A stretch of DNA of 64,000 nt from assembly GCA_051294375.1 (NCBI GenBank), contig CM119266.1:7588606-7652605 (forward strand). Direction: 5' to 3'. Made by a program: the position numbers and the translations under genes. The stretch is from Paraspadella gotoi (taxonomy: Eukaryota > Animalia > Chaetognatha). Position 1 is the first letter of the stretch; every line of letters starts with the position of its first letter. Of this stretch, positions 12,914-27,724 are shown piece after piece. The notes under the pieces were generated by a model. That model did not search any database. It was not told the origin of the DNA and saw only the letters and a list, made by a program, of their open reading frames with translations.

Positions 12914-14770
12914 TGCCACCGCCTTCAGAGACGAGCACTAAGAAATTGAAAGACATGGAAAGAAATGGAAAGAGATTTGAAAGAGAATGAAAAATTATGA
13001 GGGGAGTCAATGAGGGAAAGATTTTAAACGGCGAAGCGGGGAAATGAGCAATGACAAGAGGAGGAGGAGGAGCAGGAGGAGGAGGAGGAGGAGGAGGGGG
13101 AGAGAAGGGAATATGAAACTGGAAGGATCGCAACTAAATTCCGGCTGCACAAAATATCAAGAATATTACAAATTCAATAGAAACAATTCCGAGGCAAGAC
13201 TAATTTAAATTGTAATATATTTTACTTACTTTATTCGATTGTTTAGTTAATGAGTGGCAGGAGATCAGAGGAATCAATTATTTAATTAATTATTTTTAAA
13301 AAGCAAGTTTTTTTAATTTTTTTATTAATAACAAAAACGATATTAACAATCATAAACAAAAGATAACCATAAAAAAGTGAAAACTAAATTGATATCAAAA
13401 TTACAATAAAAACAAGAGACATTAACATTAATAATGGAATCAATAATAGGTCAAAGTACACTAACATCTAAAATAAATAACAATAGAAAATCAATCGTTA
13501 CCTAAAAAGGCATTGCCAATGACAAATAATCAAAACATAGAGGACCCAAAATAGGTATATCGTAACTAAAGTGTTTTTATTTTGTTGTTGTTTTTTTTTT
13601 GTGTGTGTTTTCAATATTTTATTATTCAATATTTTTTTTTATTTTTTATTTCTTATTTTAAACCACGATGACATTGACAATGCAGAGTGATACAATTAAA
13701 TGACCTTTTAAAACTTATGCGGGAAGTGGAATTCCGAAAATGGAACTTAAATAAAAGTAAATTACAAAACCTGAAACTGTTAACATAATAAAATGTTTTT
13801 CGATAATCAATCCATGCAAAATTATTGTAAATTAATCTATAACAAAACATTTTTTGTTTTCCCCGTTGATTTTCGTTCAGAGTCGTAGATTCGCCGAAGT
13901 CCCGAAAAAATTAAATACTTCGCCGCCTTCTTTGAGATCGTTACCGCTATATGCAAATGAGTTTTTTGCAACGCGACGGCGAATAAAATTTATTTCAATC
14001 GATGATGAATCGATGATGAAGAGGAAGAAGATAAAACGTTTAAAGGAAACGAAAAATATAAAGAATAATTAGAAAAAAAACGACAAAGTAAACGACGAAA
14101 GCTAAATTAAAAAATAATAAATAAGTAAAAATAAGTAAAAAGGAGGAAAGAAAAAGATAATTTTTTTTAATGTATTAAGTACTATTAAATAAATTCTACG
14201 CAATAAATCGATAGTGAAATGATACAATGACACCGTGAGAGAGTAAAAGAGAAAACTAAATAATTGATAAATGACTTTTTGAAGAAGGAGACAAATAACA
14301 GAAGTTAAAGAAGATGATAAAAAGAAAACAAAGAGAAGAAGGAGAGAAAGAAATTAAAGACACGAAAGGCGAAAAAATTCCACGAAAGCGAAAAACCAGA
14401 GACGAAGTTTATGAAAAAAATGAAATCATTTTCCCCTCATCGCCTCCTCCTCTTCCTCCTCCTCCTCTTCCTCTTACTCCTCATCCTCCTCCTTCCTCCT
14501 CGGTTTATTGTTTTTCCTCGTCCGTCGTCTTCTCCTCTTCTCTTTTCTTCTTTCCTTCTTTCTTTTTTATTTCTTCTCTTTTTATTCTTTCTTTCTTTTT
14601 TTTTTAATTTTGAATTTTTAACTTTCTTTCCTTTTTTTTCTGTTTCACTTATTCTTCCTTTTTCTCCCCTTTTCTTCTTCTCTCTCCTCTTCTTTTATTC
14701 TTCTACTTCTCAGTCTCTGTTTTTTCCTCCCTTTTCCTTTTCCTACTTTCCTTTCTTTGGTTATCTCCTT
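12824..14770 (-). repeat. Inverted copy of ~8630..10600 (also ~25715..27625)
   Basis: Reverse complement of the same islands (ttgagatcgttaccgctat; aatgagtggcaggagatcagaggaatc; caccgtgagagagtaaaagag). Confidence 0.88.
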
Positions 14771-15169
14771 CTCTTATTTCTTCTCTCTTCTCCTCTTTCT
14801 TCTCTCTTCCTTCCTTTCTTCTCTCTTCTCATTGCTTTCTTCTCTTTCCTCTTCTTTTCTTCTCTCTTCCTTCCTTTCTTTACTCTTCTTTCTGTCATTC
14901 TCTTCTTCTCTCCTTTCTTCTCTCCTTCTCTCTTCTCTTCTTTCTTCTCTCTTCTCTTCATTCTTCTCTCTTCTCTTCTTTCTTCTCTCTTTTCTTCTTT
15001 CTTCTCTTCTTTCTTCTCTCTTCTCTCTTCTCTTCCTTCTTCTCTCTTCTCTCCTTTCTTCTCTCTTCTCTTCTTTATAATAATATATAGAGTGTGTTTT
15101 AGATTGTGCGATGAGGTGGCTAGTGCCTTTATCTGAGTGGGGTACTGTTAGATTAATGTTGTTTAGTTT

Positions 15170-18100
15170 TAATTGTGTTATCCCTAATGCAGAATTTCAA
15201 TTTTATAATTAAAAAGATATAGTTTTTTCTCTACACACGATGGGGTCGCTGCCCGGTGTGTGTCCATCTGGCGATACAGATGGATGATCAAAGCTGCCAG
15301 ATTGCCTATCGACAATTTGCGGAAACGCTTCAAAAGCTGCGTGGAATCATCTTCATCCGTTTACGGTGCTTTTTTAAGAAATTTGGTCTTTTTGTGTTTC
15401 TCTATTGCCATCGTTCACCAAAGTTTGCCCTAGCCAGATAGTCATGTTAACTGCCACCATTGCTCATGGAGTAACAATTGTTTTATGGAAATTTCTGATT
15501 ATTTTTGAATAACTAATGTGATTTCTAAATTTCACTAGTCCATAAGCCGAGGAGTATCAGAGTTTGCCACAGTTATTGTGTCGATAGCTCCAATCATTTT
15601 AAAGACCATTGCGATTTTAAGAAATGTAAGCTATTCGCTCTTACATAGTCGTTATGCGTATTGTGTCTGTGTCGGATTACAAGCTAAGACAGATTCTATG
15701 GAAAGAGAGAATTATAAGTCCCCTTGTCATTTTTTAGAATGGGCGCATTAATGTTACGTTAAGCCCAGATGCATTTCTGGACAGCAGGTCAGAATCAATG
15801 ATGATAATGATTTCTGTAGTGTTCGGAAATAAATAATCGAGAAATATACATATTTGTAATTGGTTAAGGTAAGGAATTAGCGTTGGTTCCAATTATTCGA
15901 AAGACGAAAAAAGACTGACAAACAAAGAATATAACATTTATGAGTACACTACAGAGTGTCTCAGCGTGACTAGTCACTTACAATGAATGCTGTGTCAAAT
16001 TGGTTAGTGGAATGATTAATTTGAAAAGATGAATGAGTTCATGCAGTTTTTTATTTTGTGTATATCCCATTACTCTAATGTTTATTTGTATTTTTGTATT
16101 TTTACATTTACTTTGAGTGCTGGATAATTGTTTTGATTTCTAAAAAATAAAAGAATCATATAAAACTGCTAGAACTTCTGGATCACATGTACAGTAATTT
16201 CATTTTATTAAGCTTCACTGATTCAATGGTATTATTGAATCGAATTTAATGTTTTTTTTTTTTTAGTAAAAAGTATTTTGAAGCGTAATTTTAATAGCAG
16301 TGGACCAAATGAACAATTTGATTTTTTTTACTTTCTGAATGTTTTTTAGGTTAGAAAGAATTTTTGAAGCGAATATTGCCCTGATCTAACTCATTCCGGT
16401 TTATTTTCGAATTTCCCATAATTTGAAAACCTAAGATATAGATCAAATATTTTTTTAATGGTGAAAAAATCTCAGTCAAACTTTTAATGAGAAAAACGAG
16501 GGCAATGAGTTGGATATCGTAATCCTCCTCAGTATACTTGATGAGCGGACGTTTTATGTCCAGTTTATGTCAACATACAGACGGCGGCCGGATCGTTTTT
16601 TTTTTATCTGCTCCTGTTCTAGACTTGCCTCATCTTTGGTATGGACCGAAAGATTGGATGAGTTTAACGTGCAGTCCAAGTCAGATTTTACTGATCTAGT
16701 TCTTGAATCCATAGGATCCTTAAAAATAAGGGTTTTATACCACATCTAAGCCTAGGTATACGACGCATCAATCTCAAGAATGAAATTCTCATAACTTTTC
16801 TTTATGCAGTATTACTTTATTCCAATTTAATCGAGTTATATTTGCTCTATTTTTATATTGATTTCTTTTCTTTATTTCTTCACGATCCCCCCTCACTCCC
16901 TTTCCCCCGCTCCATCCAATCACTAAGGCGTAGTGAAAGTTCATAAACGAAATTTCTAAAGTCAATTATGAACAACAATACCATCAGGGACATTAAATTT
17001 GTAACAAGAAAATTAATGTTTATGTTTTTTAATTTTTCGCATAATTAGGTCTATATTACTATTATACTAAGCTTGGACTGTCGTTATAAATCGAATTTCA
17101 TGGATATTTTTTTCGATTTGGCAGAATTTGAATTGCCTGCCGTCAAAAGTTGATGAAACGAGAAAATATGTTAAGTTTATTTGTTAGAAATAGTTCTTTT
17201 CATTAAGTGGGTTAAAAATTTAAGAAAAAACTATATTTAATAACTAAAAGTTAGTTTTCAGCTTAAAATTATGAGCTTTTGTTGAATTTTTGCCCTTTGG
17301 ATTTTTCAAAAATGAGTTATATTCCTTTTATCAACTTTTTATGCATTCCTCTAGCTATCTTTAGAAAAAACTGTTTTTGAAAATTTTAACATTTATTGGT
17401 TTAGTTACTAGTATAGAATATTGGTCTACTTGCGTAAATTGTTAAAATTTATTATAATTTTTTTTTATGCTAAGATGTTCCATAAGTATATGTCTGTTCG
17501 TTTCCTCCATGTTTTGAGATTCTTTTAATTAAGAGTAAACCTTAGGATGTTTAACTACGCCTTTAATGCCACGCCATAATCTGCTCCAGGTCTTCTGGCC
17601 GCGGATCAAACACCCCAAACTGCACGCGCTTTTGGCAGCTGCTGGAGAGTGGTCGCGGCAACCCAACAGAATTAAGAACAATGCTGGTTTGCCTGCGGTC
17701 ATTCCCTGCCGCGTCTGCTGAGGAGAAGGAGACGGACCGAGAAGATTTTTGAGAAAAAAATGGGGGGCGGTGTATTGTTCGAGGAGAGGTTGACATATAT
17801 TAGGAAATTAGTTAAATTCCTATTGATTAAGTTAAGAAGATAGGGAACAGAAGAATGCATAGTTGCCGAATATGCCCATGGTTTGGTTTGGATGCTGGGG
17901 AAATGGGTTTATGTGGAATGGGAGAGAGTGAGAGAGAGGGAGAGAGGGAGAGAGGGAGGGAAGATGATGAAGAGAAGAGTAAGAGAGAGTCTGTGGAAAA
18001 GATGCTGAATTTCTTATAATTCTTGTGTTCAAAACCGACATAACGAATTCGGGACAACTAAACGGAACGACGAATGACCGACCGGCCGACATTTTGTATG

Positions 18101-20390
18101 ATGACAAACATCGGATCGACAACAGTGGACGATTCTGACTAAAACGTGAAAGATGGAAGTGAAATGATAAAGATGAAAGGAAACAAATGCACAGAGAAAC
18201 TGGCAGATTTTTAAGAAGAAAGAGAGGAGAGAGATGAGGGGAGGATGAGAGCATGAGAAGTGAGAGGATGAGAAGAAGAGAGGAGATGAGAGAGAGAGGT
18301 GGAGACCTTCGCGGTCTGTTTTATCTCAACCAATTTGGGAATTCAAAATTTGAGTTCTCTTTTTACAATTCACCATAACCGAATGAAGGAGGAGATAACT
18401 TGAGGGAGAGAGAGAGAGAGGAGAGAGAGAGAGAGCAGCAGAAGAGAGGAGAGAGAGAGAGAGAGAGAGAAGAGGAGGAAGGAGAGCAGAGGCGAGAGTA
18501 GAGAGAGAGTAGAGAAGAGAGAAGATATCATGACGCGGCTTGGTAATGCGCTATCGGAGTAGAGAAAGGCTTTTGGTAAAAAGAGTTGAAATTGATGTGT
18601 AAAAAAGTTGCTGAATTAAAAGAGTGATAAGAAGTTTCAATAAGAATTTTACTGGGTAATGTAAATTGAAATAGATTGTGTAGAAGGATAGTGTCCCCCT
18701 GGTTTCCGCCCATCTTTATGGTGTTTGCCTTTTTTGTTATTTGTACCGTTTCTCCTGCCGAATTGAGATGTCTATTCTTCGCTGTGGTTTCTTTAGCTGT
18801 AATTACACTGCCTCTTTTCTCTTTCCTACCAAAGATATTCTAGGCCAGACAATTAGTTACTTTAGGACTTTTCCGCCCCGTCACGCAAAACTGCCTTTTA
18901 CGAGTTCTAAAGGACGCCCTCATGTCACCTACGGTCACCCCTTTGATACGCATTTACAGTCAGTGACGGCAAGGCCCAGGGCCTACTGAACGCGAGACCA
19001 CACTCCGAGAGACTTGGTGGCACACTGTGTCAGACTTTCAGCCTCTGCCGTCGACGACACTCGTGTGACCGGACCTCGTGGCCCATTATGCATTCGGCTA
19101 CACTTGGGGATGCGGGTATAGCCTCGCCGATTTACCCTTCATGCACGGCCGAGATCGGTACGTGGCTCACACAGCGCAGCGCGCCAACGGGCGCCCAGAC
19201 GGCGCCTGACGTTGGGTGGGGCATGCCCCCACTTCCGGAGGCGTCAGCGGAGGGAACGTGGATCGGCACGACGGCTCCTCCGTAAGCGGCGCGAACGGCC
19301 AGGGTGAAGCAGAGGCGGCTACACGAGCACACGGGGCTAAGGTGGTCGTTGTCACAAGAGATATAAATCTGGACCCTCTTTTTTTGACCTCTTTTTTCTG
19401 GACCGTTTTTGGTGTATGTTATTTGTATTTTTTCAAAAAATACTGCAAAAGGTTATTTGGTTGGAGTCAGTTTAAGAACCGCGAGGGTGACGTTTCTCTG
19501 GCTGAACGTTGAGGGCTTTATAATTCTGTTTTTTGATCTAATACTTAGCAATTATTGCCTTGAACACCTTTCTCTCTACTCCTCTTCTCGTCTCTCTCTC
19601 TCTCTCTCGTGCTCTTCTCTGCTTTCTCCTCTCTTTCTCTCTCCTCTCTCCTCTCTCTCTCTTCTCCGTCCTGTAGCGTGTTCTCGCTCTCTCTCATCTC
19701 TCTCTCTTTCTCTATTCTCGTCCGCATCTCTCTCTCTCTCCACTCTGCGTTCTTCTCTCCTCGTATTCTCTTCCTCTCTCTTCTCTCTCGGTCTTTCTCT
19801 ATCCTCTCATCTCGTCTCTCGCTCTCTCTCTCTCGTCGTCGGTCTCGCTCGCTTTCAGTCTGTCTCGTCTCTCTGTTCCTTCTTCTCTTCTCTCTTCTGT
19901 TCTCTCAGACCGAAAATTTCTCCTCATTTCCGTCGCCATTTTGAGTTTAAATTGAGGCGTCAATTTGTTCGCCTCTCGGTTTCCTGACTTCGGTTTCGCG
20001 AATAGAAGAGAGATGAAGGACCAAGGGAGAGAGATGAGAGATGAGAGAGAGAGGTAGAGAGAGGGAGAGGGATGAGATGATGTATGATGAGCTGATTTGC
20101 GACAAGATTGGTGGCGGTCCGAGGTTATTAGAAAGTGTTGGGATAGAAAAGGCTCAGCTGAATAGTTTGATAAGTCTCCGTCTTCTCTTCTCTCTCTCTC
20201 TGCTCCTCGCTCTCTCTCTGCGAATCTCTCGTCTCGTCCGGTCACTCTTCGTCCGTCGTCGTCTCTCTCTCTCTCTCGTCAATCTCTCGTTCTCTCATTT
20301 CTCTCATCTCTCTCCATATTTCTTTCTTTCTGCTCCCCACCCGTCTCTCGTAAATCATTCTCTTATAATTCTCTCCCATTCTTTCCGTTT

Positions 20391-20427
<37 letters not shown>

Positions 20428-20726
20428 CTCCTCCTTCTACTCTCCATCTCTCTTCTCTCTCTCTCTCTCTTCTCTTCTCTCTTCTCTCTCTACTCTCTTC
20501 TCTCTCCTCTATCTCCTCTCTCCTCTTCTATCTCTTCTCTTCTCTCTCTCTTTTCTTCTTCTCTCTCCCTTCGCCCTCCTTTATCTGGCCTTTTCTCATG
20601 ATCAATTTATTCGTCCATTTCGCTTTACTATGCTTGTCTCCGATTCATGCCCAGGTGAACAACGCTGAATACCTCGTGCTCCACCTCGCCCCTTCTGCAT
20701 CCTCTCTCGTCTCTTCTCTCCCTCCT

Positions 20727-20784
<58 letters not shown>

Positions 20785-21010
20785 TTCTCATTCTCTCTTT
20801 CGTCTCACCTGGTTTACAGATTTTCCATCCTCAATTCTCACGATATAAGTATGTTCAAGGTGAAATGATGTTTGTAACATCTAAAAAATAAATGAATCAA
20901 GAAATTAAAGAAAAAAAATTAAAGGAAAGAAAAAGAAAAGAAAAAAAAAGAGAAAAGAAAAGAAAAAAAAAAAGAGAAGAGTGTTTAAATCCTCGATTTT
21001 CTTCTCTCTC
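15170..21010 (-). repeat. Noisy inverted copy of ~34930..40095
   Basis: Piecewise matches: 15170-16850 to 38540-40095; 17560-18560 to 36530-37400; 19360-19530 to 36290-36440; 19900-20180 to 35535-35785; 20570-21010 to 34930-35320. Confidence 0.82.
15240..15748 (-). pseudogene. Indel-riddled inverted copy of XKR paralog 1 exon 1 (probably an assembly artefact copy rather than a true pseudogene)
   Basis: Reverse complement matches 39552..40040 (e.g. ttgcggaaacgcttcaaaa near 15320 = EAFPQ codons). The flanking 15170-16850 mirrors 38540-40095, including non-coding sequence. No intact frame. Confidence 0.7.
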
Positions 21011-21992
21011 TTTTATTTTCTTCCTTCACATATTTTTGCATCCGTCGTAACCAACACCTGCCCGCATCTGTCGGCACCTGCTTCTCTTTGGTTTCGATGC
21101 GCGTCTGAGATTTCAAAGTCTCTTTTACGCTTTTTGGGAGACAATGATCGACCCAACTTAACGTTGACATCGTTTGTCGAGATTGTTGTTGTTGTTGCTG
21201 TCGTCGTCGTCGATTATGTGGCAAGATTTTTTTTTTCTTTTAATCCAATCTTTTATATTTACACCACGTATAGGCATACATATTGATCTTGTTTTTTATA
21301 TTTATTTTGATACAACAAATTTAAAAATATTCATTCATTCATTAAATTAGCTCATTGCCCCTGACTTTGGAAAGGCTTATGGTCGTTTAGGGCCTCCATC
21401 ACTCTACAGATAATAACAGTAGGTTATTGCAAGCTTTCACTCAAGACTCTCTCACAGTCTCGTTTATTCATTTTCACAGAGTATCTGACTTCCTATCATA
21501 TAATATAATAATACAATACATATATAAAATAATATTTCAAAGAATGTTTCAATTGTAAAATGACAACTCCCTCTGTAAGATCTTAGAATATACTTATCTC
21601 ATCTTAGGATAATATATATATATATATATCCTCCTATATATATGTACTTTTTTAAAATATTCTAAGGTCGTCTATATGATGTTATAAGTTATATGTTATA
21701 TGTTACAATTTTACTATTAACTATTATATAAACTTTTCGTTGAATTGATTTTAAAAAATTCACATTTTACAACTGATATTGCCAAGAAAAATTTAAAAAA
21801 GAAGTGAAATGTGATAAAAATGAAGAAATATCTAAAAAAATTTTTTAAAAATAAAGAAAAGAGAAGAAAATAATCGATCAATGATGTAAATGAAGTAACG
21901 GATTCCATTTTTTTTCTTTCAAATTTGGAAGAGAAAAAGTCAAAAAGTTTTCTCGCCCATTGGCGCCAATCGGAAAACAAGAGACTCTCATT

Positions 21993-22073
<81 letters not shown>

Positions 22074-23520
22074 TCTCCTCTCTGTCATTCAAATTTCCTT
22101 CCAACGGAATAAAAGAGAAACAATCGCCTTCATCCGATTCTTTTCCTTTTGGAGTCAAGACGACGACGACGACGACGACAACAACGACAACAAAATCGGA
22201 TCTTCCTTAGAAAAAATTTTAACTGATGAATATTTTTCGTCTGTTGTTGATTTTAAAGGAGAAAGGAAAGGAGAGGAGAGGAAAGGAAAGGAGAGAAAAA
22301 GACAGGAAAGAAAATGAAAGGAAGGAAAGGAAAGGAAAGGAAAGGTAAATGAAAAGAGAGGAAAGGAAGAAAGTAAATTAAGTGAAAGTAAGGAATGGAA
22401 AGAAGGAAAGGAAAAGAAAGGAAAGGAAGGAAAGAAAGGAAAGGAAAGTAATGGAACGAATAGAAGTGAAAGTAAAGAAAAGAAAAAACGGGAGTGAAAG
22501 TAAGGAAAGGAAAGGAGAGGAAAGGGAAGGAAAAGAAAGGAAAATGAAAGGGAAAAAGGAAAGGAAGTAAATTGAAGGAAAGGAAGGTAAGTAAAAGAAA
22601 GAAAAGGAAACGAAATGAAAACTAAAGGAAAGGAAAGAAAAGAATTTAAAGGGAAAGGAAAAGACATAAACAAAATTAAAGGAGAGCATCAAATAAGGAT
22701 GCGGAGCCAAAAAAAAAAAGAAAAGAAATTAAGGAAGGACATAAAACAAACGAAAGAAAGACGCGAATCAAAACAAGGAAATAAAGGAAGATGTCAAAAT
22801 AAAAGGAAGCGAACAAGCAAAATTTAAAAAAAATGAGAAAAAGGGAAGTAGTAAAATTAGAGAAGGAAGAGAAGGAAGAACGTAAAATTAGAGAAGAAAT
22901 AGAAGGAAGAAAGTAAAATTAGAGAAGAAAGAGAAGGAAGAAAGTAAAATTAGAGAAGAAAGAAGAAGGAAGAAAGTAAAAATTACAGAAGAAAGAAAAG
23001 GAAGATAGTAACAAAGAAGAAAAGAAACGAAGAAAAGAAAAGAAGCAACAAAAAACGAGAAGAAAAGAAGCTAGTAAATAAAAATAACTAAAGATAAAAA
23101 CTAAAAGAAAAAGAAAAAAGAGGAAAAGAGAAGAAGAAAAGAAAAAAGAAAAGAATGAGAAAAAAAAAAAGAAAAAAAGAAAAAATAGAATAAAAAAAAA
23201 AAGAAAAGAAAAGAGAAAAAAAAAAGAAAAGAAAAAAAAAAAAAAAAGAAAAAGAAAATAAAATAAAAGACAATAGAAAAGGGAGGGAGTAAAGAAAATT
23301 AAAAAAAGATAGAGAAAAAAAGAAAAAGAAACAAAAAAAAGAAAAGAAAAAAAAAAGAAAGTAAAGTAAAAGAAAAGAAAAGTAAGTAAAAGTAAAGTAA
23401 AGTAAAGTAAAAGTAAAAGAAAAGAAAAGAGAAGATAGGTAAAGGCGCGATCGCGCGAGACGGAGACTCGTTTCCGTCACGAAGAGAATTCGACGCCATC
23501 ATCGTCAGCGAAGGCGTCAC

Positions 23521-23600
<80 letters not shown>

Positions 23601-24370
23601 CTCTTGCTCGTCATTCCATCTCTAAAAAGGCGCCACCGTCTCGATTCCACTTCCTGTTTCCGGCGTCGAATCTCGATCCACGTCAAATAAATTTCCCGTC
23701 CGTCGTCGCGTCGTCCGTCGTCGTCGTGTCGTCGCCGCCGCGTCGTCGTCGTCGTCTCCGTTTACCTTTTTTTCTGATCTCTCCCCTGTTGTCGTTATCA
23801 CTTTGATTCTCATCACCTTGTCGATATTGTGTGAGGTCATTCGGTCTTGATATTTTTTGGGGGGGGGAAACACGACGACTTCACTTACATAAGAATTGCC
23901 AAATTGAATATTATGTTTAGAATAGATTAGAGAGCTAAATGTCCTAAAATAACAGTAAACTTAGCAAATGAGATTGATGAACTCCCTCCATTCTTGGTTG
24001 CATCAAAAGTTCCTTCCTTATATAGATATTCATGAATAATAATGAATTAGTGCACTTTTTTTAAATGTTTGATTTACTTATTTCCAACCGTTTTTTTTTC
24101 GCTTTTTTTATGAAAATTTTAAAAAGTACTGGTGAATATAGTATGCTTTATTTATATTTTTTATTTTATCTGAAAAATATTCTAAGGAATATTTCTAAGG
24201 AAATTATCTAAAATTAATATTAGCATATTTATGATAATTATGTTAAACTTAAAGAGGGGATGTTATTGTTATTTTTATAATGTATTTTTTAAATTCCGTG
24301 CTCCTTCAAGTACTAATAGCATTTTTACTATACCTTTCCAGAGACCCATTATCTTACTTTCTCTTTCATT

Positions 24371-24449
<79 letters not shown>

Positions 24450-27400
24450 ACTTTATTCCTCCTCCTCTTCCTCCTTTTTTTTCCTCCTCTTCCTCTCTCT
24501 CTCTCCTCTTCTTTTTCCACACCTTTCCATCTCTCTCTCTCTCTCTTTTTCTCTTCTCTCATTCCACGGAATCAATTTCCTCTCATTTTCTTTTTTTCTT
24601 TCTTTTTTTCTTTCGTCAAAGTTTCGAATTTCAACTTTTTTATCCTTTTTTTTCCGTGAAATTTTTTTGTTTTGTTTCGATTTCGTCGGGAGTAAGTTGA
24701 AGAGGAGGAGGAGAGGAGGAGGAGGAAGAGGAGGAGGAGGAGGGAGGAAAGAATAAGAGGCGAAAGAAAATATGAAATGATGATGATGAGAAGAAGATGG
24801 AAGAGGACGAGGAAAGGAATAAAAGAGGAAGGATAAGGAAAATGGAAAAAGGAAGGGACGGGTTATAGAAAAAAAGAAACGGAACTTGAAACAAAAAAAG
24901 ACAATGATAGGATAGATAAGAGAAATTAGAAAGAAAGGTAAGAGGAGAAGGAGAGAAGAAAGAAGAGGAAAAGAGAAGAAAGAGAGAGAAGAGAGAAGAA
25001 AGAAGAGAAGAGAGAAAAGAAAGGAAAGAAAGAGAGAAGAAAGGAAGAGAAGAGAAGAAAAAAAACAGAAGAAGAGAGAAAGAGAAGAGAAGAGAAGAAA
25101 GAGAGAGAAGAGAGAAGAAGGAAAGAAGAGAGAGAGAAGAGAGAAGAGAGAGAAAGAGAAGAAAGAAGAAAAGAGAGAAGAGAAGAATGGAAGGAAGATG
25201 AAAAATAGAAGAGAAAGAAAAAAGAAGAGCAAGAGAGAAAAAGGAAGTTAAGAGAGAAGAAAGAAGAGAAGAGAGAAGAAAGAAGNNNNNNNNNNNNNNN
25301 NNNNNNNNNNAAAGAAGAGGAAGAAGAAGAGAAGAAGAAGAGAAGAAGAGAAGAGAAGAGAAGAAGAAAAGAGGAGAGAGAAGAGAAGAAGAGAGAAGAA
25401 GAGAGAAGAAAGAGAGAAGAAAGAAGAGAAGAAAGAAGAAAGAGAGAAGAAAGAGAGAAGAGAGAAGAATGAAGAGAAGAGAGAAGAAAGAAGAGAAGAG
25501 AGAAGAAAGGAGAAGAAGAAAAGAAGAGAAGAGAAAGAAAGGAAAGAGAGAGAAGAAAGAAGAGAAAGAGAAGAAAGAAGAGAAGAGAGAAGAAAGGAAG
25601 GAAGAGAGAAGAAAGAAGAGAAGAGAGAAGAAAGAAGAGAAAGAGAGAAAGAGAGAAGAGAGAAGAAAGGAAGAAGAGAGAAGAAAAGAGGAGAAGAGAG
25701 AAGAAAATAGAGAAGGAGATAACCAAAGAAAGGAAAGTAGGAAAAGGAAAAAGAGGCGGAGAGACTGAGAAGTAGAAGAATAAAAGAAGAGGAGAGAGAA
25801 GAAGAAAAGGGGAGAAAAAGGAAGAAAGTGAAAAGAAAAAAAAAGGAAAGAAATTAAAAATTCAAAATTAAAAAAAAAGAAAGAAAGAAATAAAAAGAGA
25901 AGAAATAAAAAAAGAAAGAAGGAAAAGAAGAAAAGGAAGAAGAGAAGACGACGACGAGGAAAAAACAATAAACCGAGGAGGAAGGAGGAGGATGAGGAGT
26001 AAGAGGAAGAGGAGGAGGAGAAGAGGAGAGGAGGCGATGAGGGAAAATGATTTCATTTTTTTCATAAACTTCGTCTCTGGTTTTCGCTTTCGTTGGAATT
26101 TTTTCGCCTTTCGTGTCTTTAATTTCTTTCTCTCCTTCTTCTCTGTTTTTTTTTATCATCTTCTTTAACTTCTGTTATTTGTCTCCTTCTTCAAAAAGTC
26201 ATTTATCAATTATTTAGTTTCTCTTTTACTCTCTCACGGTGTCATTGTATCATTTCACTATCGATTTATGCGTTAGAATTTATTAATAGTACTTAATACA
26301 TTAAAAAAAAAATTATCTTTTTCTTTCCTCCTTTTTACTTATTTTTACTTATTTATTATTTTTTAATTTAGCTTCGTCGTTTACTTTGTCGTTTCTTTCT
26401 AATTATTCTTAATATTTTTTTTTTTCGTTTCCTTTAAACGTTTTATCTTCTTCCTCTTCATCATCGATTCATCATCGATGAAATAAATTTTATTCGCCGT
26501 CGCGTTGCAAAAAAACTCATTTGCATATAGCGGTAACGATCTCAAAGAAGCGGCGAAGTATTTATTTTTTTCGGGACTTCGGGAATCTACACTCTGAACG
26601 AAAATCAAACGGGAAAACAAAAAATGTTTTGTTATAGATTAATTACAATAATTTTTGCATGGATGATTATCGAAAAACATTTTATTATTAACAGTTTCAG
26701 GTTTTGTAATTTACTTTATTTAAGTTCCATTTTTTCGAATCCACTTCCCGCTAAGTTTTAAAAGGTCATTTTATGTATCACTCTGCATTTTCAATGTCAT
26801 CGTGGTTTAAAATAAGAAATAAAAAATAAATATGAATAATAAAATATTGAAAACACACACAAAAAAAAACAACACAAAAAAAAACACTTTAGTTACGAAT
26901 ACCTATTTTGGGTCCTCTATGTTTTGAATTATTTGTCATTGGCAATGCCTTTTTAGGTAACGATTGATTTTCTATTGTTATTTATTTTAGATGTTAGTGT
27001 ACTTTACCTATTATTGATTCCATTATTAATGTTAATGTCTCTTGTTTTTATTGTAATCTGATATCAATTTAGTTTTCACTTTTTAATGGTTATCTTTTGG
27101 TTTATGATTGTTATATCGTTTTTGTTATTATAAAAAAATTAAAAAAAACTTGCTTTTTAAAAATAATTAATTAAATAATTGATTCCTCTGATCTCCTGCC
27201 ACTCATTAACTAAACAATCGATAAAGTAAGTAAAATATAATACAATTCTAAATTGTCTTGCTCAAGGAATTGTTCTATTGATTTAACTATTCTTGATATT
27301 CTTGTTGGCAGCCGAATTAGTTGCGATCCTCTCAGTTTCATATTCCTTCTATCTCTCCCCTCCTCCTCCGCTCCTCCTCCTCCTCTTCCTCCTCCTCCTC

Positions 27401-27637
27401 TCTGTCATTGCTCATTTCCCCGGCTTCGCGTTTTAAAATCTTTCCCTTCATTAGACTCCCCTCATAATTTTTTCATTCCTCTTTCAAATCTCTTTCCATT
27501 TCTTTCCATGATCTTTCAATTTCTTAGTGCTCGTCTCGAGCGGTGGGCAGCGTCGTCGTCGGTCTCGTCGTGTCGTTGAGTTTACGCTTTTTCCTGCTTA
27601 AAACCGCCCGGAAATTTTTACTCTCTCCTACTTCTCT

Positions 27638-27724
<87 letters not shown>

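Noticed and set aside
15240-15748. A fourth XKR paralog
   Set aside because: Mirrors paralog 1 including its intron and upstream non-coding DNA, with an indel-dominated error pattern; better explained as a redundant assembly copy.
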